NCBI GenBank assembly: GCA_030699935.1
Contig: JAUYKS010000010.1
Coordinates: 1 to 56,297, forward strand
Direction: 5' to 3'
Length of the DNA: 56,297 nt
Source: a bacterium
GTDB taxonomy: Bacteria; Patescibacteriota; SICC01
The notes below the pieces were generated by a model, which was given only the letters and a program-made list of their open reading frames with translations, was not told the origin of the DNA and did not search any database. The position numbers and the translations under genes are program-made. This document shows, one piece after another, positions 19,934 to 29,186 of this stretch; within the stretch, counting starts at the first letter, position 1, and each line of letters opens with the position of its first letter.

Positions 19934-21082
19934 ATGTTGAGACCCTTCTACCACCCGCTTCACCTCACCGCGCACGCCAAGGAGCTCCATCATTTGTTCT
20001 GGTCGGACGCCGTGGCGTCGGTCGGCGTGGCCCTGGTGCAGTTGTTGGTTCCGGCATACCTGCTCACGCTGGGTTATTCGTTGCCGGAAGTCTGCCTGTT
20101 CTTCATCATCCTCTACGGCGGTCAGATCCCGATGGCCTACCTGACCGCCCGGCTGATGAGTCGGGTTTCCCCGAATGTGCTGATGGGGGTCGGTAACCTG
20201 TTGGCCATCCTCTCGTATGTCGTCTTGCTGCTGCTGTCGGTTACCGACATCCCGCTCTGGGTACCCGCCGTGATGCGGGCAGTGGACAAGGGACTGTACT
20301 ATATACCGTTCCATCTGAGTTTCTCAAAGTCGCGGAAGCGGGCGAAAGGCGACAGCCAGGTCGGCATAATGAAAGCGCTGAACATCCTGGCGGCCGGCAG
20401 CGCGCCGGCGGTCGGAGGAATCGTTGCGTCGCTGGCCGGAATCGCCTGGGTGTACGGGATTGCCGCTGGAACGTTCCTAGTGGCAGCGATTATTATCCTG
20501 AGGGGCCAGGACGTGGCCAAGCATCGCCGGTTCAAACGCAGCCTGCTTTCCCGGCGGGTGATTCCCGACGTGGTGGCCAACGGCCTGGGCAGCAGCATGG
20601 ACGTCGTCGAGACCGTCGTCTGGCCTTTGATCATCTTCCTGCTGGTCAAGTCGTACGCCGGTGTCGGAATCCTGAGCTCGGTCGTCGTATTAACGTCGGC
20701 CGCGGTCGCGTTCTGGACCGGCCGCCGGGCCGACCATCACGGTGAGCGGCGCTATCTCAAGCGAGGCTCGTGGGTGGCATCGGTGACGAACGCGCTTCGG
20801 TTGATCGCCGCCAGCGCGGTACACATCTTCGGAATCAACTTACTCAGCGGCGTCGGACAGTCGTTGCTGAGAACGGCTTTCGTTTCCCGGTTCTACAAGC
20901 ACGCCGATCGGGAACCGCGGCTCGAATACGTCTGGGCGATGGAAACCGGTCACGTGGCCGGATGGATGATCTTCATGTCGACTCTGTTCGTGCTGGCTTC
21001 GGTGCTGCCGGTCGGAGCGGCCCTGACGGCGTTTGTGATCATCGCGGTTCCGTTAAGCTTTGGCGCACGGTTGATACGATAA
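19934..21082 (+). CDS. multi-pass membrane protein, MFS-transporter-like
   Basis: About 10-11 predicted hydrophobic helices. No diagnostic motif beyond topology. Confidence 0.5.
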   Translation: MLRPFYHPLHLTAHAKELHHLFWSDAVASVGVALVQLLVPAYLLTLGYSLPEVCLFFIILYGGQIPMAYLTARLMSRVSPNVLMGVGNLLAILSYVVLLLLSVTDIPLWVPAVMRAVDKGLYYIPFHLSFSKSRKRAKGDSQVGIMKALNILAAGSAPAVGGIVASLAGIAWVYGIAAGTFLVAAIIILRGQDVAKHRRFKRSLLSRRVIPDVVANGLGSSMDVVETVVWPLIIFLLVKSYAGVGILSSVVVLTSAAVAFWTGRRADHHGERRYLKRGSWVASVTNALRLIAASAVHIFGINLLSGVGQSLLRTAFVSRFYKHADREPRLEYVWAMETGHVAGWMIFMSTLFVLASVLPVGAALTAFVIIAVPLSFGARLIR

Positions 21083-21086
21083 TCCT

Positions 21087-21911
21087 ATGAGCGACCTCAA
21101 TCTCGTCGACACCCACGCTCACCTGGACTTCGACCAATTCGCCGAGGATCGCGGCCAAGTGCTGGCCCGGGCCACGGCCGCCGGCGTCACCCGCCTGATC
21201 AACGTCGGGACGAGTTTGGCTGCCAGCGAGCGGTGCATCGAGCTGGCGACAGCGCACGAGAACGTCTGGGCGGCGGCCGGCGTACATCCGTCGGAGTCCG
21301 GGGAGCTCGTCGCCGAAGACGGGACGGTCAAGCCGGACGCCGCCGCGCGGCTGCGAAAGCTGGCGCATCACGAGCGTGTCGTCGCGATCGGTGAGATCGG
21401 GTTCGACTTGTTCCGTGACACGAATCCCTCGGAAGAGCTGCAGTTGGCCGCGTTCCATGCCCAAGGCGAGATCGCACAGGAGGCCGGCCTGCCGGTCATA
21501 ATCCACCTGCGGGCGGCCACCGAACCGGCGTTGGACACGCTCGTGGGCCATGTCTGTGCAGCAGCAGCCGACCCGTCACGTCGGCACCCCGGCGTCGCGC
21601 ATTGCTACACGGGCGGACTGGCTGACGCGAAACGGTTATTGCAGGCGGGATACTACATCTCCTTCACCGCGCCGATCACCTATCCGAAGAACTACGCCCT
21701 GCGGGAAGTCGTGAAGGCGGTCCCGCTCGAGAAGATCATGGTCGAGACGGACTGCCCGTTCCTGCCGCCGCCGGCTTTGCGCGGTCAGCGTAACGAGCCG
21801 GCGTACGTGGTGAAAACCGCCAAAAAAATCGCTGAACTGAAGGGTATTTCACTCGAGGAAGTCGCCGACGCAACCACGGCGAACGCCGAGCGCCTGTTCG
21901 GAATCGCGTAG
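21087..21911 (+). CDS. tatD: TatD-family metal-dependent hydrolase
   Basis: LVDTHAHLDF, GEIGFD and VETDCPFL motifs. Confidence 0.9.
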   Translation: MSDLNLVDTHAHLDFDQFAEDRGQVLARATAAGVTRLINVGTSLAASERCIELATAHENVWAAAGVHPSESGELVAEDGTVKPDAAARLRKLAHHERVVAIGEIGFDLFRDTNPSEELQLAAFHAQGEIAQEAGLPVIIHLRAATEPALDTLVGHVCAAAADPSRRHPGVAHCYTGGLADAKRLLQAGYYISFTAPITYPKNYALREVVKAVPLEKIMVETDCPFLPPPALRGQRNEPAYVVKTAKKIAELKGISLEEVADATTANAERLFGIA

Positions 21912-21961
21912 CGGACACGCCCGGACAGACGCAATTGTCGCGGCCGCGGCATGGCGGTAGC

Positions 21962-23185
21962 ATGAGGCTGCGAATGTCTGGAAACAAAAAGAAATTCCCG
22001 CTGCGGTTGTTACTGCTCTCCTGCGTGCTGGCGGCGGCGTTTGTCGTTCCGAATCTGGCCGAGGCGGACCCGATCGATGAATTCACCAAGATCGAGCAGC
22101 GCCTGAGCGAGAAGGCCGGAGAAATCGATACGCTGCAAGGGGAATTGGACCTGCTGAACGAGACTGCCGAGGCCAAGCTCGCGGTGGTCGCCGAGCTGCA
22201 AGGACGCGTCGCCGAAGTCCGCGGCGAACTCGACGCGATAACCGCCCATTTGGAAGAGTTGGCGGGCGACGAACTGTCCTCCCGGGAATCGCTCCAACAG
22301 GTAGTGCGGGTCGACTACATCGAGGGATCACCGGGGGCGTGGGAGGTATTGGCCGGCGCCGGCGGACTGTCCGAAGCGCTGGGCCAACAGAACGCGCAAG
22401 GTTCGCTGGGGGACTATGCGAACGGGTTGGCCGAGGATCTCGAGAAAGCCCAGAAGGACATCGACCGGGATCGGAAAAGCCTGGTTTCGCGGAAGCAGAA
22501 CTTGGAACGTCTGGAATCGGAAGCCGGCCGGCAGCTCCGGGAACTGGAAGCGGTCCGGAATGCCAAGCGGCAGCTCTTGGAATCCACCCAAGGCCAGGAG
22601 GACGCGTACCAGAAACAATACGCGGCGCTTCGTGACCAGCTGATCAAAATGGGGATATTCGGCAGGAGTGGCTGTTCGCGCGTCGGCTCCCACGTCTGGC
22701 CGGGCACCGACGGCTACTTCAACCAGTGCGACTCACGCTGGGCGGACTGGAAACTCGGCTATTCCGACAGCTCGACCCTCGGCGATTACGGCTGCGGCGT
22801 GGCGGCATTGGCGATGGTCTACAAGACGTACGGGGGAGTCAGCGACACGAATCCGCTAAGGATGAATCAGGAACTCCGGAGAGCGGCCGCGTTCTGGGAC
22901 GACCTGTTGGTCTGGGGGAACGTGTCCGGAGCCTACGATAACGCGTTGCGGGTAACGGCCCACGGCGGCGCCGACTGGGACCTGATCAAGCGACGACTCG
23001 ATGCCGGCAGCCCGGTGATGGTGTATATCGACCGCGGCGTGACCAATCACTACGTGGTCCTCCTGCGCCGGGACGGGTCGGAGGACTATCTGATGCACGA
23101 TCCGATCGAAGGGCCGAACCGGCGCTTCTCCGATTACTATTCGACCGGCGCCGTCCAGCAGTACGTCACGTTCCGCCGGACCTGA
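21962..23185 (+). CDS. secreted coiled-coil protein with C-terminal C39-like/papain-fold peptidase domain (PcsB-like architecture)
   Basis: Signal peptide and a roughly 200-aa heptad-rich region. The C-terminal domain reads NQCDSRWA...GDYGCGVAALAMVYKTYGG...HYVVLL. Start is uncertain (ATG 21962 or 21974, TTG 21935). Confidence 0.6.
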   Translation: MRLRMSGNKKKFPLRLLLLSCVLAAAFVVPNLAEADPIDEFTKIEQRLSEKAGEIDTLQGELDLLNETAEAKLAVVAELQGRVAEVRGELDAITAHLEELAGDELSSRESLQQVVRVDYIEGSPGAWEVLAGAGGLSEALGQQNAQGSLGDYANGLAEDLEKAQKDIDRDRKSLVSRKQNLERLESEAGRQLRELEAVRNAKRQLLESTQGQEDAYQKQYAALRDQLIKMGIFGRSGCSRVGSHVWPGTDGYFNQCDSRWADWKLGYSDSSTLGDYGCGVAALAMVYKTYGGVSDTNPLRMNQELRRAAAFWDDLLVWGNVSGAYDNALRVTAHGGADWDLIKRRLDAGSPVMVYIDRGVTNHYVVLLRRDGSEDYLMHDPIEGPNRRFSDYYSTGAVQQYVTFRRT

Positions 23186-23187
23186 TC

Positions 23188-23222
23188 GGCGCGCGCCCGC
23201 CTCGCGCCCGCGCAAATTTTTT
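23188..23222 (+). terminator. intrinsic terminator after the PcsB-like gene
   Basis: GC-rich hairpin GGCGCG...CGCGCC followed by CGCGCAAATTTTTT. Confidence 0.55.
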
Positions 23223-23273
23223 GTAAGAACATCCATACCCTTGGTTGGAAATGGGGGGTACATTTCAAGCACA

Positions 23274-23777
23274 ATGCTGGTCCGGGACATCATGACGACG
23301 AAAGTGGTGACCGTATCTCCCGATACGCCGGTTGAGGAAGTGGCCCGTCTGATCGCGGAGAAGAAGATCAGCGGAGTGTTCGTCGTGGAGGGCAGCCGGC
23401 CGATCGGCCAGATTTCACATGCGGACTTGCTGCGCCGTACGCATCCGACCCCGGCGGAGCTCTACGAGGATTTCGTACATAACGGCGACTATGAGGAAAT
23501 CGAGCATCGGATTTCCGATCTGGTCGGCGTGCCCGCCGCGGAACTGATGCGGCCGGGAATGCTGATGGTCTCGCCGGACACGCCGGTGATGAAGGTCTCC
23601 GCGATGATGTTAGTCCGCGACGTCCACCGCGCGGCCGTACTGGACGACAAGGGACTCTGCGGCATCGTCTCCCGCGGCGACGTCTTCTTCCATCTGATCC
23701 GGGCCGAGGTATTGAAGAAGCGCGGCGCGCGGGCTCGGACCCGGGCCCGAGCCCCGGCTCGAACCGTTCGTGCCTGA
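23274..23777 (+). CDS. CBS-domain pair protein with Arg-rich tail
   Basis: Two CBS repeats (DIMTTKVVTVSPDTPV..., LMRPGMLMVSPDTPV...). ATG 23274 lies 9 nt after TACATT. Confidence 0.8.
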   Translation: MLVRDIMTTKVVTVSPDTPVEEVARLIAEKKISGVFVVEGSRPIGQISHADLLRRTHPTPAELYEDFVHNGDYEEIEHRISDLVGVPAAELMRPGMLMVSPDTPVMKVSAMMLVRDVHRAAVLDDKGLCGIVSRGDVFFHLIRAEVLKKRGARARTRARAPARTVRA

Positions 23778-23831
23778 TCGACCGCGCCTAGCTAGTGCGG
23801 CCGGCCAAATCGGCTGATAAGATAACGCGGC

Positions 23832-24788
23832 ATGGCGGATATCGAAGCAAGTATCGCGACCGAGATCTGCGGGGTGAAGTTCCCGTCCGCAGTCTTCAAC
23901 GCGGCGGGAGCGAAGGACGTCAGCCTGGAGGACCTCGACGCGCTGGGTCAGTCCGAGGCCGGCGCGATCGTGATCAAGACGGCGACCAAGGAGTTCCGGG
24001 CCGGCAACGACCTGCCGCGCTGGCACGCCGACGGCAGCGGCAGCCTCAACTCGATGGGCCTGCCGAACCTCGGGTACGAACGGTACGCGGCGGCGGTTCC
24101 GCGGTTAAAGGAACACGGCAAGCCGGTGATCGCGTCGGTGTCCGGAATCGGCGAGGGCGACAACGAGCTGATGCTGGCGGCCTACGACAAGGCCGGCGTC
24201 GACATGGTCGAGGTGAACCTGTCCTGCCCGAACATCGCCGGCAAGGGACAGCTCGGCTACGACTACGCAGCCTCGCGGAAGATGCTGGAGAACTGCCGCC
24301 GCGTCACCAAACTGCCGATGGGCGTCAAGCTCCCGCCGTACTTCGACCGCAGCCAGTTCGAAGAGATGGCGGCGGTGCTGACGGAGACCGGCGCGGACTT
24401 CGTGGTGACGATCAACTCGATCGGGAACGCCCTGGTGATCGACCCGGAGACCGAGGAGAAGGTGATCGCGCCGAACGGAGGACTGGGCGGACTGGGCGGC
24501 GGTTACGTGAAGCCGACGGCGCTCGGGAACGTCCATATGTTCGACCAGATCCTCGGCGGGAAACTCCCGATCATCGGGGTCGGCGGCGTCGCTGCCGGCA
24601 CGGATGCGTTCGAACATCTCTTGGCCGGCGCCAGTGCGGTCGGTGTCGGGACCGCGCTAGTGAACGAAGGACCGGCCGTGTTCATGCGGTTGAACGCGGA
24701 ACTGCGGACGGTGCTGGAGGAGCACGGCTACGCCGAACCGGCGGCGGCGCGCGGGAAGCTCAAGGACAAGCCGGGCACGTCGGCCTAG
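23832..24788 (+). CDS. pyrD: dihydroorotate dehydrogenase, class 1A-like
   Basis: Collinear with lactococcal-type DHODA: NSMGLPNLG, NLSCPN (catalytic Cys), GVKLPPYFD, IGVGGV. No pyrK neighbour. Confidence 0.9.
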   Translation: MADIEASIATEICGVKFPSAVFNAAGAKDVSLEDLDALGQSEAGAIVIKTATKEFRAGNDLPRWHADGSGSLNSMGLPNLGYERYAAAVPRLKEHGKPVIASVSGIGEGDNELMLAAYDKAGVDMVEVNLSCPNIAGKGQLGYDYAASRKMLENCRRVTKLPMGVKLPPYFDRSQFEEMAAVLTETGADFVVTINSIGNALVIDPETEEKVIAPNGGLGGLGGGYVKPTALGNVHMFDQILGGKLPIIGVGGVAAGTDAFEHLLAGASAVGVGTALVNEGPAVFMRLNAELRTVLEEHGYAEPAAARGKLKDKPGTSA

Positions 24789-24797
24789 AATATGGGT

Positions 24798-25898
24798 ATG
24801 ACCAAGCCGGAATCAAAGCCCGAGAAGATTCTTGTCGGCATGAGCGGCGGAGTCGATTCGTCGGTGGCCGCGGCGTTGCTGAAGGAACAGGGCAACGAGG
24901 TGACCGGGATCTACATGGAGAACTGGACCGACCAACGGAACCTCAAGGACCAGGGCCAAGGCCAAGCCGGTTGCGCAACCTGGCCGCAGGATCGGAAGGA
25001 CGCGCTCAAGGTCGCGAAGGATCTAGGCATCCCGTTCCGGACGGTGAGTTTCGAGAGCGAGTACAAGAAGACCGTCCTCGATTACTTCTTCGCGGAGTAC
25101 GCCGCCGGCCGGACGCCGAACCCCGACGTTCTGTGCAACCGCGAGATCAAGTTCGGGATGCTGCTACGCTGGGCCAAGGACCACGGCTTCGACGCGGTGG
25201 CGACCGGCCACTACGCGCGGGTCGAGCGCTGCGAGGACCACAGCCACCTCTACAAGGGCGCCGATCCGGACAAGGACCAGTCGTACTTTTTGTCGCAGCT
25301 CTCGCAGGAGCAGCTCTGGAACGCCGAGTTTCCGCTCGGCGATTGGAAGAAGCCCGACGTGCGCCGCAAGGCCCAGAAGCTCGGCCTGCACGTGGCGGAC
25401 AAGCCGGACAGCCAGGGGCTCTGCTTCGTCGGGCAGATTGACCTGAAAGGATTCCTCGAGCAGAAGATTGACGGCGAACCGGGCGACGTCCGGACGCCGG
25501 ACGGCGAGGTCGTCGGACGGCATCACGGCGCGGCGTTCTACACGGTCGGCCAGCGCCGCGGCGTCGGCGTGGTGAAGCAGGTGCCGATGTACGTCCTGAA
25601 GACCGACGTCGAGACCAACACGGTCACGGTCGGCTACGAGAAGGATCTTTACAAGGAGAAGGTCGCCACGGAGCAGCCGCACTGGGTGATCGGCGAGGAG
25701 CCGGAGGAGCTGGCGCGCGGCGATTGGCGCTGCGAGGTCAGCATACGCTACCGGATGCAGCCGGCGCCGGCGACGGTGCGGCGGACGCTCAGCGGCCTGG
25801 CGATTGAGTTCGACGAGGAGCAGCGGGGCCCGACCCCCGGCCAGTTCGCGGTGCTGTACGAGGAGAACGAGCTGATCGGCAGCGCGGTTATCCGCTGA
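24798..25898 (+). CDS. mnmA: tRNA 2-thiouridine(34) synthase
   Basis: VGMSGGVDSSVAA PP-loop and CNREIKF motifs. ATG 24798 lies 6 nt after TAGAAT. Alternative ATG at 24792. Confidence 0.92.
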   Translation: MTKPESKPEKILVGMSGGVDSSVAAALLKEQGNEVTGIYMENWTDQRNLKDQGQGQAGCATWPQDRKDALKVAKDLGIPFRTVSFESEYKKTVLDYFFAEYAAGRTPNPDVLCNREIKFGMLLRWAKDHGFDAVATGHYARVERCEDHSHLYKGADPDKDQSYFLSQLSQEQLWNAEFPLGDWKKPDVRRKAQKLGLHVADKPDSQGLCFVGQIDLKGFLEQKIDGEPGDVRTPDGEVVGRHHGAAFYTVGQRRGVGVVKQVPMYVLKTDVETNTVTVGYEKDLYKEKVATEQPHWVIGEEPEELARGDWRCEVSIRYRMQPAPATVRRTLSGLAIEFDEEQRGPTPGQFAVLYEENELIGSAVIR

Positions 25899-26388
25899 TT
25901 TGCTTCAGAGCCTCTTTGACGATCAGCGTATCTCGCTGGACGATGATCCGCTTGCTGAACGCCGGTTGATTCTCCATGATCCGCAATGCTTCCTTCGGGG
26001 CATACCATTCGGCTTGGAATCCTACTTCGATTTCTCCGACTTCCATTTCTGGTTCTGCGCTTTTTTCGAGGGCATTACCCGTCAAACAATAAGACGTTTG
26101 GTATCGGTTGATGTCCGCGCGATATTCCTCAATGCGTCCGAGCTCGCCGGTCACTGCTATGGCAAAACCCGTTTCTTCCAAGCATTCCCGAATGAACGCA
26201 GCTTCCGGTGTTTCTCCAGCTTCGATGCCCCCGCCCGGCAGCTTATGATACCCAGCTTTGGTCGCGTGCATCAGGCAAATTCGTCCCTGACGGTCGAAGA
26301 TGACTCCCCGTGCTCCATGACGCCGGCTCATCTGCGAGATCGCTTCTTTCGTCACATTGTCCGGGTTCATGGAAGCCAATAGTTTCAT
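25888..26388 (-). CDS. Nudix hydrolase
   Basis: Nudix box GGGIEAGETPEAAFIRECLEETGF. Start MKLLAS lies 6 nt after minus-strand TATACT. The ORF extension to 26727 is spurious. Lower G+C. Confidence 0.85.
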   Translation of the reverse strand: MKLLASMNPDNVTKEAISQMSRRHGARGVIFDRQGRICLMHATKAGYHKLPGGGIEAGETPEAAFIRECLEETGFAIAVTGELGRIEEYRADINRYQTSYCLTGNALEKSAEPEMEVGEIEVGFQAEWYAPKEALRIMENQPAFSKRIIVQRDTLIVKEALKQISG

Positions 26389-26437
26389 AGATACAGTATA
26401 AACATCGTGGTTTAGGGACTGGTGTAAGCTAATGACG

Positions 26438-26761
26438 ATGGGACGCAAGAAACACGACTGCAACTGCCCGGACTGCCCGCACAAGAAGCGGGACCGCGGG
26501 GACGGCACCGCCGGGTTCGCGATCGGCGCGGCGCTCGGCGCCGTAGCCGCAGGGTTGATGGCGCCGCAGAAAGGCGAGAAGACCCGCAAGCAGGCCAAGG
26601 TGAAGTTCGAGGAACTGACCCGGGGCCGATCGGTCGACGACATCGTGGCGCAGGTCCGCAAGGCCGCGGACGGCGTGATCGCGGACATCAAGGACGCCGC
26701 CGACGCCGGCAAGAAGGAAGCCGCCAAGGAAAAGCGGCGGATTTTGCGGGAAGATCAGTAG
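26438..26761 (+). CDS. YtxH-like small membrane-associated protein
   Basis: GFAIGAALGAVAAGLMAPQKGEKTRK matches the YtxH helix-plus-basic motif. ATG 26438 lies 7 nt after TAAGCT. Confidence 0.6.
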   Translation: MGRKKHDCNCPDCPHKKRDRGDGTAGFAIGAALGAVAAGLMAPQKGEKTRKQAKVKFEELTRGRSVDDIVAQVRKAADGVIADIKDAADAGKKEAAKEKRRILREDQ

Positions 26762-26767
26762 GTTTGC

Positions 26768-27256
26768 ATGGACGTGAAACTCACTTCGGACGAGAAAAAG
26801 CTCGTCGAACGTTCCAAGCAAGCGATTGCTAGGTATAACAAAATGCGTCACAAAGAAGGCAGCGTAGATACGCTTTACTCCTTTTTGATTTCAGACAGCG
26901 GGAAAATTTACGAAGGCGCCTCTTTCGAGCCAAACGTTGCACAAGCTACGGTTTGCGGCGAACGGCAGGCAATTGGCAATATGGTTTTTCATGAGGCTTA
27001 TAAAGCGAAGATACGTAGCATAGTCGTTGCCGATCCTGTTCCAGAGGTTCAGAAGAACAGCACGCCCCCTTGTGGTACTTGTCGACATCTTATCTGGCAG
27101 TTTGGCACTCCTAAGACAACTGTGATTTGTATGCAGTACATTCAAAAACCTGACGGATGGATTTTCCCCAAAACTGAGAAATTGACCATAGCTGACTTTT
27201 ACCCGCATCCCTATGAACCGGTCGAAGGCTTATGGGATGGCTATCAGAAACCCTGA
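26768..27256 (+). CDS. cdd: cytidine deaminase-family protein
   Basis: Zn/catalytic motifs C-G-E (VCGERQA) and PCGTCRH with CDA spacing. Visibly AT-richer than its neighbours. Confidence 0.7.
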   Translation: MDVKLTSDEKKLVERSKQAIARYNKMRHKEGSVDTLYSFLISDSGKIYEGASFEPNVAQATVCGERQAIGNMVFHEAYKAKIRSIVVADPVPEVQKNSTPPCGTCRHLIWQFGTPKTTVICMQYIQKPDGWIFPKTEKLTIADFYPHPYEPVEGLWDGYQKP

Positions 27257-27270
27257 CGTTCGCTGGTCGC

Positions 27271-27285
27271 GGGGCGAAGCGCCCC
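27271..27285 (+). terminator. short GC hairpin after cdd (possible terminator)
   Basis: GGGGCG-AAG-CGCCCC. The downstream T-tract is weak. Confidence 0.3.
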
Positions 27286-27301
27286 TCATAATTAGTTAGG
27301 T

Positions 27302-29113
27302 ATGAAAGCATCCGACATCCGGAACACGTTCCTGAAGTTCTTTGAGGAGCGCGGGCACGCGATCATCCCGAGCGCGCCGGTGGTGCCGCAGCACGACCCG
27401 ACCGTCCTTTTCACGACGGCCGGCATGCACCCGCTGGTGCCGTACCTGCTCGGCGAGCCGCATCCGGCCGGCAAGCGCCTGGCGGACGTCCAGAAGTGCA
27501 TCCGCACCAGCGACATCGACGAGGTCGGCGACGCGACGCACCTCACGTTCTTCGAGATGCTCGGCAACTGGTCGCTCGGCGACTACTTCAAGGAAGACGC
27601 GATCAAATGGAGCTGGGAGCTGCTGACGTCGAAGGACAAGGGTTTCGGCCTCGACCTGTCCAACATGGCGGTCTCCTGCTTCGTCGGTGACAAGGATGCG
27701 CCGAAAGATAAGGAAGCCGCCGAGGTCTGGCGAAAACTCGGCGTTCCCGAGGATCGGATCTTCTATTACGGTAAGGACGACAACTGGTGGGGTCCGGCCG
27801 GCGAGACCGGCCCGTGCGGTCCGGATACGGAGATCTTCTATTGGATCGGCGACGGCAAGCCCGAGCTCAAGCCCGGTCCGGCCGAGGACGACCAGCGCTG
27901 GGTCGAGGTCTGGAACAACGTTTTCATGCAGTACGAGAAGACGGCGGACGGGAAGTACGAACCGCTGGCGCAGAAGAACGTCGATACCGGCCTGGGGCTC
28001 GAGCGCCTGGCTGTGATCCTGCAAGGAAAGCGGAACGTGTACGAGACGGACCTGTTCGCCCCGATCCTTGATCGGATCCGGAAGTTGTCGAACGTCGATG
28101 CCAAGGTCGATAATCCCGAACTGCAGCGCGCGGAGCAGATCATCGCCGACCACCTCAAGGCCGCGACGTTCATGATCGCGGACGGCGTCCGGCCTTCGAA
28201 TACGGATCAGGGATACATCTTGCGGCGATTGATCCGACGCGCGATCCGACAGGCGAAGCATTTGAAGATCGAATATCCATTCAGTGAATCGGTAGCGGAA
28301 ACCGTTGTCTCGGAGTTCAAGGACTCATATCCGGAACTGGAGCGCGAGGCCGGGACGATCCGCGAGGAATTACTCGATGAGGAGAAGAAATTCGTCAAAA
28401 CGCTTGATCGGGGGTTGAAGGAATTGGGGCAATTGTCGCAAGCGGAGAAGATTACCGGTCGGGAACTGTTCTACTACTTCGAGACATACGGCCTCCCGTT
28501 GGAAGTCAGTTTAGAGGAACTGGCGGCCAAATCGACCACTGAATCAATTTACAAGCAACTCGCCCCCGGACGACTCAGGGAAGAGTTCGATGCGGCTCAA
28601 AAGGCCCATCAAGAGAAATCCCGCGCTGGGTCCAAGCAGAAGTTCGCCGGCGGGCTAGCCGACCATTCCGAAAAGGTCGTCCGGCAGCATACGGCCACAC
28701 ATCTCCTGCTCGCCGCCCTCCGCGACGTCCTTGGCGAACACGTGAAACAGCGGGGCAGCAACATCACCGCGGAGCGGCTGCGGTTCGACTTCTCGCATCC
28801 GGAAAAGCTCACCGACGAGCAGCGTAACCAGGTCGAGGCGCTGGTCAACGAATGGATCCGCGAGGACCTGCCGGTGACGCGCCGGGAGATGCCGCTCAAG
28901 GAAGCCGAGCGGATTGGCGCGCAGATGGAGTTCGGTCACAAGTATCCGGACACGGTTTCGGTCTACTTCGTCGGTGATCCGGCGGAGGCGAGGTCGATCG
29001 AGTTCTGCGGCGGACCGCACGTGGAGCGCACCGGCCAGATCGGCAAGTTCACGATCAAGAAGCAGGAATCGGTCGGTGCGGGAGTGCGGCGCCTCAAGGC
29101 CGTCGTCGAGTAG
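27302..29113 (+). CDS. alaS: alanine--tRNA ligase, short form (catalytic plus editing domains, no C-Ala domain)
   Basis: FFEERGH, FEMLGNWS and GPCGPDTEI class II motifs. Editing-domain HTATHLL and CGGPHV. The protein ends about 30 aa after the editing site. Confidence 0.9.
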   Translation: MKASDIRNTFLKFFEERGHAIIPSAPVVPQHDPTVLFTTAGMHPLVPYLLGEPHPAGKRLADVQKCIRTSDIDEVGDATHLTFFEMLGNWSLGDYFKEDAIKWSWELLTSKDKGFGLDLSNMAVSCFVGDKDAPKDKEAAEVWRKLGVPEDRIFYYGKDDNWWGPAGETGPCGPDTEIFYWIGDGKPELKPGPAEDDQRWVEVWNNVFMQYEKTADGKYEPLAQKNVDTGLGLERLAVILQGKRNVYETDLFAPILDRIRKLSNVDAKVDNPELQRAEQIIADHLKAATFMIADGVRPSNTDQGYILRRLIRRAIRQAKHLKIEYPFSESVAETVVSEFKDSYPELEREAGTIREELLDEEKKFVKTLDRGLKELGQLSQAEKITGRELFYYFETYGLPLEVSLEELAAKSTTESIYKQLAPGRLREEFDAAQKAHQEKSRAGSKQKFAGGLADHSEKVVRQHTATHLLLAALRDVLGEHVKQRGSNITAERLRFDFSHPEKLTDEQRNQVEALVNEWIREDLPVTRREMPLKEAERIGAQMEFGHKYPDTVSVYFVGDPAEARSIEFCGGPHVERTGQIGKFTIKKQESVGAGVRRLKAVVE

Positions 29114-29186
29114 GCAGCCGTCGCGCACCCGCTGCTACAATGGACGAGTGTTTAAAGCAAAAACCGGTTGGTGAGGAAGAGCGCCG

